Shown here piece by piece: positions 1-5,793 of a stretch of 32,000 nt of DNA. The notes under the pieces are model-generated. The model ran no database searches. It worked only from the letters and a program-made list of their open reading frames with translations, and had not been told where the DNA came from. The stretch is taken from positions 960,001-992,000 of the forward strand of contig NZ_CP047931.1 of assembly GCF_014280175.1 (NCBI RefSeq), read 5' to 3'. The DNA is from Synechococcus sp. A15-28 (lineage in GTDB: Bacteria > Cyanobacteriota > Cyanobacteriia > PCC-6307 > Cyanobiaceae). The stretch's first letter is position 1. Every line of letters starts with the position of its first letter. A program made the translations under genes and the position numbers.

Positions 1-303
1 CAAGAGAGTTCAACCTATTCCTTTCATGGGTGGTCTGGTCTCCCAACCCTTATCACATCACATGTTTAAAGATGCGTAAGCTAGCGACATAGGCCTTCTT
101 TTCACCAGGAAGAGCGGCCTTCCTCTTTAGGGAGTTACGAAAAATAGGGCCATCCTCCTGCAAGTTAGTCTTATTAAACCTGGGTTGTTTGGCAAAAAGT
201 CCGCCGTAAAGCCTTGGTACGGTTAGTACGAAAAACTTTTGCGACAAAAACCAACGGGCTGCTGTCTTCTGCTTACTAGTTTTAATGTATCTACTGTTGT
301 TTG

Positions 304-573
304 ATGGCCTTCCGAGTGCGCCTAAGAAGCATGTCCGACTATGGGTATGCAGTTCTCTGGGAGAAAGTTCGAATTGAATATTTCACCAGTGTTGGTGATC
401 AACAACGCGCTGACCAATGCAAAAAATACCTGCAGGAGCTGGAGTGGCGCTTGGCCATGTTGCCTTCGACTGATCATCTTGAGCAGCTAGAGCAAAGCTC
501 AGGTGATCCATTGGCAGATGCCGGCTGGATTCCCTCTGAGGAAAAACATCAATTCCATGCAAAAAATAGTTAG
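304..573 (+). CDS. hypothetical small protein (89 aa)
   Basis: Track ORF 301..573; the first ATG is at 304 (TTGATGGCC). It lies in the AT-rich island. No family recognised. Confidence 0.3.
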   Translation: MAFRVRLRSMSDYGYAVLWEKVRIEYFTSVGDQQRADQCKKYLQELEWRLAMLPSTDHLEQLEQSSGDPLADAGWIPSEEKHQFHAKNS

Positions 574-615
574 CGTCATATTTTTCGTGGCAACTCACCG
601 AATGAAACCAATAAA

Positions 616-831
616 TTAGTACTCACCTGGTATACCGAATTCAGCTCTGCAGTTATTGACATCGACTCTGTACTGAGTCCACTTTGTATTCTTTTCAGAA
701 GCGGCCAGCACACATCTTTCATATGTTTTTGGTTCTTGCTTTTGTTGGTCATCTTCTTCAGCAGCTTTAGCTACTGGACATGCAACAGTGATTATCGCGC
801 CAACAATAATCAGAAAGGATTTAATCTCCAC
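616..831 (-). CDS. small secreted protein candidate (71 aa) with signal-peptide-like N-terminus
   Basis: Lies inside track ORF 616..945. A GTG at 831 gives (M)EIKSFLIIVGAIITVACPVAKA/AEEDDQQKQ, a hydrophobic core followed by an AxA-like site. The upstream part of the long ORF looks non-coding. The SD is poorly spaced, so the start is uncertain. Confidence 0.35.
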   Translation of the reverse strand: MEIKSFLIIVGAIITVACPVAKAAEEDDQQKQEPKTYERCVLAASEKNTKWTQYRVDVNNCRAEFGIPGEY

Positions 832-868
832 TCCCTCATCCCATTGACTTATTATTTTAAACCGATGT

Positions 869-1282
869 TTACCTGCAGTGCGTTTGGTGCGTGAAGCGTC
901 CACGGAAGTGAGCAGCAAACTGCGCATCCAGTTGTGGCTGCACAACCATTGCTCGCAATGCGTTCAACGCACCAACAGCTGAGGCGTACTGACCATCGCG
1001 TTCAGCCTTGGCCGCCAGGCGTTGATACTGCGTTGCCAACCAACCCACCATCTGCTGAAGCTCAACCAAGTCCAAGGCGTTCGCTAGTTCACTCTGAGCG
1101 ATTTCTAGGTCACGCAGACTCGTTCGCCTGCTGCACCCCCACTTCACAGTCAGCTGAGACGCAGCATCAGTTGGTGGAACACAACTGCTGATCAGCTGTA
1201 GAGCCTCGTTACGACGCTGCTGGCGTTGTTGTCTAGTAGTTATTGCCATGTTAGGGAGCGGCAAATTTTTGAGTTGGGGCAC
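869..1282 (-). CDS. hypothetical protein with HTH-like segment (126-137 aa)
   Basis: Track ORF with a GTG start at 1282 and an alternative ATG at 1249 (MAITTRQQRQQRRNEAL). The segment ASQLTVKWGCSRRTSLRDLEIAQSEL resembles a helix-turn-helix, followed by a helical tail. No family assigned. Confidence 0.45.
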   Translation of the reverse strand: MPQLKNLPLPNMAITTRQQRQQRRNEALQLISSCVPPTDAASQLTVKWGCSRRTSLRDLEIAQSELANALDLVELQQMVGWLATQYQRLAAKAERDGQYASAVGALNALRAMVVQPQLDAQFAAHFRGRFTHQTHCR

Positions 1283-1383
1283 TGATAATAATAATCATTC
1301 TTTGTTCCAATAATGATTCTCTTTCTTATGCTTAGGTCACATTACTGTTCTAGTATTGAAATGAAATTACGAGGTCAACTCAA

Positions 1384-1554
1384 ATGTCAACAGCCGTCAA
1401 CTGTGCATGTCCTAAATGTACTTGCGAGGTCAGCGAGGAGAGCGCAATTGTTCTTCAGGGTAAGTTCTTCTGTTCGACAGCCTGTTCAACAGGGCATCCC
1501 AACAATGAGCCCTGTCATGGTGAAGGTTCTTGTGGGTGTAAATGCGGTGAGTGA
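1384..1554 (+). CDS. smtA: bacterial metallothionein, SmtA/BmtA family (56 aa)
   Basis: Hand translation: MSTAVNCACPKCTCEVSEESAIVLQGKFFCSTACSTGHPNNEPCHGEGSCGCKCGE, with TGA at 1552-1554. It has 10 Cys and 2 His in the CxCxxCxC ... C..AC..GH ... C.H...C.C.C spacing typical of Synechococcus SmtA. It is absent from the ORF track because it is under 60 aa. Confidence 0.8.
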   Translation: MSTAVNCACPKCTCEVSEESAIVLQGKFFCSTACSTGHPNNEPCHGEGSCGCKCGE

Positions 1555-1627
1555 TCAGGGTCACTGATGACGTTGGTGTGGCTTGAGGCGTTCGTTTGGT
1601 GAAGGCCATGTCAATCAGATCAGCTTC

Positions 1628-1642
1628 GGGGGGGGGGGGGGG
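1628..1642. repeat. G15 homopolymer tract
   Basis: Counted directly: G at every position 1628-1642 (cttc G15 aggattt). A second T7G6 tract lies at 1685-1697. Confidence 0.95.
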
Positions 1643-1656
1643 AGGATTTGGCGGTT

Positions 1657-1735
1657 TTTAGCTGAGAAGCATTGGTGTTACTGGTTTTTTTGGGGGGTGC
1701 CGTGTATAGGTTGTGTCCGCGGCCCTTGCCCGGAG
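1657..1735 (+). repeat. diverged third copy of the 70-nt repeat unit
   Basis: gctgagaagcattgg (1661-1675) matches unit 2 gctgagatgcattgc at 13/15 positions. The 17-mer ccgcggcccttgcccgg at 1707-1723 is identical to 2073-2089. This copy carries about 13 extra nt between the two blocks. Confidence 0.7.
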
Positions 1736-2035
1736 ATTTATTGGGCCAGCTGCATTGTCGTTACCTAGCTTCATGATCGTGTGTACGTAAATGACGCTTC
1801 TGAAAGATCCGCCGGCATTGTATTTAGCTTTTCAGCAATTAATTTTCTCTCATGTTTCATGGCCCATTTAAATGCTGGCGAACAAGCGATGTGTAAAGCG
1901 CAACTACTCCAATTGGCGCGTGAAATTGAAATAGAAACAAACATACGACGAATGGAAATTGCTAGAGAGCGTTTCTCTTCAAAGACTGATTCAGTTGTCG
2001 TAGTAGCAGGTAATGGCGGGGGCTTTAAGGGCATA

Positions 2036-2175
2036 AATCGCTGAGATTAACTGCGCTGCAATGGATTTACCCCCGCGGCCCTTGCCCGGCGCTTTTGGGG
2101 GTGTGAATCGCTGAGATGCATTGCGCTGCAGTGGATCTACCCCTGCCGGTCTTGCTGGCCGGTTTTCACTCCATT
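2036..2175 (+). repeat. two tandem 70-nt repeat units (candidate small-RNA genes with terminator-like 3' ends)
   Basis: Unit 1 is 2036-2105 and unit 2 is 2106-2175. They are 49/70 identical overall and 48/61 over the first 61 nt. Each ends in a GC hairpin followed by TTTT. In unit 2, CCGGTC (2146-2151) pairs with GGCCGG (2157-2162), then TTTT at 2163-2166. In unit 1, GCG(G)CC (2075-2080) pairs with GGCGC (2088-2092), then TTTT at 2093-2096. Confidence 0.85.
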
Positions 2176-2245
2176 CAGGCTTGTAACAAGAGCTACAAGT
2201 GCTGACTATTTGTCTTAGACCAAGGACAGAGAAGAGGAGGAAAAG

Positions 2246-2347
2246 ATGCTCAACGAAATGCTTCTCACCACCACCCTGTGCGTTGCCATCGTTGGCGCTA
2301 TGGCTCTCTTCTATAGAGAGCTTCAGCTGCTGCAACAAGATCACTAG
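2246..2347 (+). CDS. 33-aa hydrophobic single-TM peptide
   Basis: ATG at 2246 is preceded by GAGGAGG (2234-2240) with a 5-nt spacer. Translation: MLNEMLLTTTLCVAIVGAMALFYRELQLLQQDH, with TAG at 2345-2347. Below the track cutoff. The antisense 117-aa track ORF (1991..2344) looks spurious. Confidence 0.45.
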   Translation: MLNEMLLTTTLCVAIVGAMALFYRELQLLQQDH

Positions 2348-2366
2348 TTAGTCAGCTCCCAATCAT

Positions 2367-2558
2367 TCACAACAGCCCTGCACCTTTGAAGGCTTCGATC
2401 ACTTCTGCTTCCGCAGCGGGATCGAGGTTCATGTCAGCGATGGTGTCCTGAATGATGCGCCTGGTGATGGCGAACCATTCCTTGCGCGTTGCTGAGCGTG
2501 GCCAGACGTCTATTTCAAGGACTGGTGTTGGAGAGACATGATCAAGGATGATCGGCAT
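2367..2558 (-). CDS. hypothetical small protein (63 aa)
   Basis: Track ORF with an ATG start. The composition looks coding-like (MPIILDHVSPTPVLEIDVWPRSATRKEWFAITRRIIQDTIADMNLDPAAEAEVIEAF). No family recognised. Confidence 0.45.
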   Translation of the reverse strand: MPIILDHVSPTPVLEIDVWPRSATRKEWFAITRRIIQDTIADMNLDPAAEAEVIEAFKGAGLL

Positions 2559-2647
2559 CGGTATCGGGCGCGTCTCTGAACGACTTGCGGTCTAGATCCA
2601 CATTTTTGACGGTACTTAGCCATTATAGTGTTAGGTATTGCATTCTC

Positions 2648-3202
2648 ATGAAAGAACCTTCACTCAACAATGACGACAATTTCCAGATCTTTCTTCAAGG
2701 TCGCAACAAAAAAGCTAAATATTTAAAATATAATCTGTCACTCTTTTCGAAGGGTACGAATAAAATTGAATTAATCAGTTATAGCTTTGATGGTGATACA
2801 ACAATTCACTTTGCTAAAAACAGAAAAGACGCAAGAAAGGTTCATTCAACACATGATGTTGATTTAATTTTTGATCAAAAGAAGGGTTTTCTCTATAGGA
2901 ATCGCAATGGAGCTGGCAAAGGGTTTGGAAAGAAAGGTGGCGTAATTGCTCGTCTTAGCAATTTGTCAAATATTGATTCAAGTGACTTCCTATTTTCTAA
3001 TTCCAGTGATAGAGATTTAGGAGAATCATATCAAGGTTCAGATGAATCTACGTCATCTGATTCTTCTAGTACCAGCTATGGCGATTATAACTATGGATAT
3101 CGCGGGCAAAGTTATTCTAGATTGTTTGATCCCGAGAATAGCTTTGATTGCGGGCTTGATGCATTGTGGGATATGCAGACTAGTCCCTTCTGCACATTCT
3201 AA
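2648..3202 (+). CDS. AT-rich hypothetical protein (184 aa) with RTX-tail-like motif and Ser/Asp/Tyr-rich low-complexity C-terminal half
   Basis: Track ORF 2585..3202 starts at TTG; the first ATG is at 2648 (MKEPSLNNDD). This is the lowest-GC stretch in the window. The motif GFLYRNRNGAGKGFGKKGGVIARLSNLSNIDSSDFLF resembles the L.Y..NG.G......IA.L....L...DF tails of secreted Ca-binding repeat proteins (from memory, unverified). Confidence 0.55.
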   Translation: MKEPSLNNDDNFQIFLQGRNKKAKYLKYNLSLFSKGTNKIELISYSFDGDTTIHFAKNRKDARKVHSTHDVDLIFDQKKGFLYRNRNGAGKGFGKKGGVIARLSNLSNIDSSDFLFSNSSDRDLGESYQGSDESTSSDSSSTSYGDYNYGYRGQSYSRLFDPENSFDCGLDALWDMQTSPFCTF

Positions 3203-3410
3203 ATAATAAGATCTTGTGGAAGGCGATTCACGATCAGGTCAGCCTGAATAGGAAGCTGACGTTTGGGCACTAAAACGCGTATTTGGGATACATACAGCTT
3301 GGCTTTTAAGAGTATTATAAAACAGCCAGTTTTACAGTAAACTGTAGTCACCGCAGCGATGGTCCTAGCTTTCGTTCAGACCCTTAGGTGAGCCTCGATC
3401 AGCTTGTCAT

Positions 3411-3539
3411 TCAAAGTGCTGGATAAGCATTCGAAACACCCCATAGGGCGAGAGCTGTGATGCAAGCAAAGACGACAGCAGTTGAAGCTGCCAAATCAGC
3501 TTTCTTCGACTTCTGAACAAATTGAAGTAATCGAGCCAT
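3411..3539 (-). CDS. 42-aa single-TM peptide candidate
   Basis: Hand translation: MARLLQFVQKSKKADLAASTAVVFACITALALWGVSNAYPAL, with the stop at 3411-3413. Its ATG at 3539 lies 4 nt after the stop of the upstream 48-aa ORF. Confidence 0.3.
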   Translation of the reverse strand: MARLLQFVQKSKKADLAASTAVVFACITALALWGVSNAYPAL

Positions 3540-3543
3540 GGTT

Positions 3544-3690
3544 TTAATGCTTAACCCCCCTGTCATGGCTCAGCAGGTCTGTTTGTTCCATCAATGTGAG
3601 TGAGCCCGCATCAATAGTCGGCACATGATGTCGTTGTAGCCGCAGCTGCACAGGCAATTTGAAGCTCACTTCCGTGGGAGCCACTCGCAT
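3544..3690 (-). CDS. 48-aa hypothetical ORF candidate
   Basis: Hand translation: MRVAPTEVSFKLPVQLRLQRHHVPTIDAGSLTLMEQTDLLSHDRGVKH, with TAA at 3544-3546. It is tightly followed by the 42-aa TM ORF. An ORF this short could be open by chance at ~50% GC. Confidence 0.25.
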   Translation of the reverse strand: MRVAPTEVSFKLPVQLRLQRHHVPTIDAGSLTLMEQTDLLSHDRGVKH

Positions 3691-3740
3691 AAGCCGTTCC
3701 GGCGCTGACATTCCATTGTCACGATCTAATCAACTGAACA

Positions 3741-4112
3741 GTGGCAAAACCTTGGGATGCCTATCAAATGGCTGACTCCTTCTTTGTACTTCCCATGCAG
3801 ATGTATCTCGCGGATTGCGTTTTTCCTGAGATTGAAGGTCAACTGGCTGCTTACAAATGCTTCTGTGAGCTGTGGGATTCAGGAGAAATAGCGAAGCTAG
3901 ACAACTTTGATGGCTTTGAAATGTTGTTCCGCGTCCACGCACCTGGCGCAGGCCGAGTAACAATTTTGTTTAAGGCAGAGAGTGATGCTCAGATCTTTGA
4001 AGCCTTCGCGCCATGGCGTCCTCAATTCGGCATTGAGATGGACTTCACTCCTGTAATCCGGTGTCAGGATGTGGTCGGTTACCACAAAAAGCTTTTCGCG
4101 AAGATGTCCTGA
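3741..4112 (+). CDS. small cyanobacterial protein, DUF3303-like (114-123 aa)
   Basis: Track ORF with a GTG at 3741 and an alternative ATG at 3768. The C-terminal pattern ...VTILFKAESDAQIFEAFAPWRPQFGIEMDFTPVI resembles the DUF3303 family as I recall it. The family call is unverified. Confidence 0.5.
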   Translation: MAKPWDAYQMADSFFVLPMQMYLADCVFPEIEGQLAAYKCFCELWDSGEIAKLDNFDGFEMLFRVHAPGAGRVTILFKAESDAQIFEAFAPWRPQFGIEMDFTPVIRCQDVVGYHKKLFAKMS

Positions 4113-4324
4113 GCAGTGCGTAGGTAAGGCAGTACTGGAAAGCCGTACGGGAGAACAGTGTCCAGACCATTCCACCGTGCTATCATCTTCAAATGACCAC
4201 TAATATGATTAGTTTCGCTAATAGATAGTGCTAAGCAATTTAGGCCCAACTTATCTGGCGCTAAATAATGAAGGCGATCTGAAGAAACCTACGCTGTACT
4301 ACACAAGAAGGACCCGTATTCGTC

Positions 4325-4555
4325 TTAATTACGTGATCTAACCGTGCTGCTGTCGATATAAATTCCATGCATCTTCTTGTCCATGCAGTCATAGAACTTT
4401 TGAGAGAAGTCAAGGTCAACGCTCGCGCAGAAGGCATGTGCCCTGTCAGCCACCTGCTCAAACTTCTTCATTGACAGGAAGACTTGCTTGTCGCTGAAAG
4501 AGAGCGCAGGTTCTGCCATGAACAGCATTGAGAAGGGCAAGACGAGAAATTTCAT
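4325..4555 (-). CDS. small secreted protein candidate (76 aa)
   Basis: Track ORF with an ATG start. It has a signal-peptide-like N-terminus (MKFLVLPFSMLFMAEPALS/FSDKQ). Confidence 0.45.
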   Translation of the reverse strand: MKFLVLPFSMLFMAEPALSFSDKQVFLSMKKFEQVADRAHAFCASVDLDFSQKFYDCMDKKMHGIYIDSSTVRSRN

Positions 4556-4759
4556 GACGTCAGTCTGGCGCGGGATATCCGTAGATTAGTAGCAATGGGA
4601 AGCGTACATTGCTGTTTGGCGTGACTGTTTTACATCACCTAAGCCGTTAGAGGAAAATTACACGTTACGTTGATGTGGCTGAAAACTTTCGTTTGGTGAG
4701 ATGTGATACGACATCCTCCGAATGAGCAGGCTTAGACCAAAGGAAATAAGGTTTTACTC

Positions 4760-4960
4760 ATGACAATCCACATCACCAACGCCCAATCGCTTGGAAATCT
4801 CATCGTTGAAGGTACACACAGGCCGTTTCGTGCTTTGGCCTGCCCTCTAGGAAATATCTCTCGTAAAGTTGACTTTGTGGAAGTTTTCGCTGAGAAAACT
4901 TTCAGCGCACCGGATCTGCCACGGACACTTGCTGTGAGGCATGCGTTACCGGTGGGCTGA
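4760..4960 (+). CDS. small orphan protein A (66 aa), paralogue of 13276..13452
   Basis: ATG is preceded by AAGGAAATAAGG. The N-terminal 28 aa, MTIHITNAQSLGNLIVEGTHRPFRALAC, align with ORF B at 15/28 identity, and 10 of the 15 identical residues use different synonymous codons. This argues for selection on the protein. Confidence 0.6.
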   Translation: MTIHITNAQSLGNLIVEGTHRPFRALACPLGNISRKVDFVEVFAEKTFSAPDLPRTLAVRHALPVG

Positions 4961-5055
4961 AGCGCATCCCGAAGGAGCTGGTGCTTGCTGTTGATCAGAT
5001 GACAGCAGAACTGGAATAACTCTCTCTCCTCCCAACACACACACCACTACACACA

Positions 5056-5161
5056 GCCCATATCAAGGGAAACACCAGTCAGTGACAACGATTATGCGCG
5101 GCCCATATCTCATAACCCGAATGGCCCACATCCAAAATTTATGGGCCGTTTTTTATGGGCC
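5056..5161. repeat. cluster of five TATGGGCC-type motif copies downstream of the 200-aa ORF
   Basis: The copies are gcccatat at 5056-5063, ggcccatat at 5100-5108, atggcccacat at 5121-5131, tttatgggcc at 5138-5147 and tttatgggcc at 5152-5161. Two are in + orientation and three in - orientation. Confidence 0.8.
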
Positions 5162-5190
5162 ATGCCCCTTTTACAGGGGGGAGGGGGTGT

Positions 5191-5793
5191 CTAAAAAAAC
5201 TTTGGCGCCACTTCCAGCAGGCACGATCTCAGGTCCTTTGGATCTGGCTTACCCAGCAGCCACTCCTTGCCTCTTAGCCGCTTGATGCTGGACTTGATCG
5301 CTTCAGCAGAGTGCTGAGGAAGCCCTTCTGTCACGGTCCTGATGCTGGGCTTGATGCCGTGCTGGTTTTGCTTCCTGACGTACTCCATGACGTCGCTGTT
5401 GACCTTGCTGATGTCTGACGTCTTCTTCTGCTCCATCAGCTCAGGCCACAGGAAATCGCCCTGCAGTTGGTACTGACGACGGATGCCTTCACTGCCACGG
5501 CACTTGATCGGCTTCAGGCTCACCAGTTCGTTCTGCTCTTTCTCCAGCAGGTAGACCATGTCTGGTGCTTCCTGTAGTGCCTTGTTGTCTGCGATCTTTC
5601 CAACCTTGTTGGCGTGATGGATCCACAGCAATGCAGCATTGCGCAGAACGATGTCATGCACCGCATCCATGTGATGCCGAATGATCGGTCTTGAGATGTC
5701 ATCAAGCAATGGCCCAAGGGCGCCCTTCAGTTCGGCATTGCGGGCTTCAAGGGCTGTCTCCAGCGCTCTTTCGTGGCGTGTTGAGGCGACCAA
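5191..5793 (-). CDS. hypothetical protein (200 aa) with winged-helix-like C-terminal segment
   Basis: Track ORF with a TTG start at 5793 and no in-frame ATG near the N-terminus. The segment VMEYVRKQNQHGIKPSIRTVTEGLPQHSAEAIKSSIKRLRGKEWL looks HTH/wHTH-like. The ORF is flanked on both sides by related short repeats. No family recognised. Confidence 0.55.
   Translation of the reverse strand: MVASTRHERALETALEARNAELKGALGPLLDDISRPIIRHHMDAVHDIVLRNAALLWIHHANKVGKIADNKALQEAPDMVYLLEKEQNELVSLKPIKCRGSEGIRRQYQLQGDFLWPELMEQKKTSDISKVNSDVMEYVRKQNQHGIKPSIRTVTEGLPQHSAEAIKSSIKRLRGKEWLLGKPDPKDLRSCLLEVAPKFF

Noticed and set aside
53-247. A 64-aa minus-strand ORF at the window edge (TTG start).
   Set aside because: It has a non-ATG start, no SD and no recognisable family. 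It may be a fragment of something extending beyond the window context. There is not enough support to call it a gene.
1293-1318. The inverted repeat AATCATT-N12-AATGATT upstream of smtA as an SmtB operator.
   Set aside because: Arms of 7 bp in very AT-rich DNA are expected by chance, and I cannot match it to the known SmtB operator sequence. It is mentioned only as context in the smtA finding.
1771-2044. Mirror-image 87-aa ORFs on both strands (1771..2034 - and 1781..2044 +) between repeat copies.
   Set aside because: I cannot decide which strand codes, if either. Neither has a good start context or a recognisable family. The plus-strand ORF merely terminates in the GCTGAG of the repeat unit. 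I therefore left it unannotated rather than guess.
2036-2175. Whether the tandem repeats could be a CRISPR array.
   Set aside because: The units abut directly with no spacers, are 70 nt long and only ~70% identical, and no cas genes are present. This is not a CRISPR architecture.
4732-5040. A 102-aa minus-strand ORF overlapping orphan ORF A.
   Set aside because: Protein-level conservation with synonymous codon differences supports the plus-strand frame (ORF A). The minus-strand product has no features and spans the low-complexity CT/CA tract.
5019-5045. A possible Yfr1/Yfr2-type sRNA, based on a CUCCUC...CACAC-like string and a nearby AAGGGAAACA.
   Set aside because: The string does not match the ultraconserved Yfr1 core as I recall it. 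No flanking stem-loops or terminator are evident, and the genomic context differs. It is kept only as a low-interest low-complexity observation.
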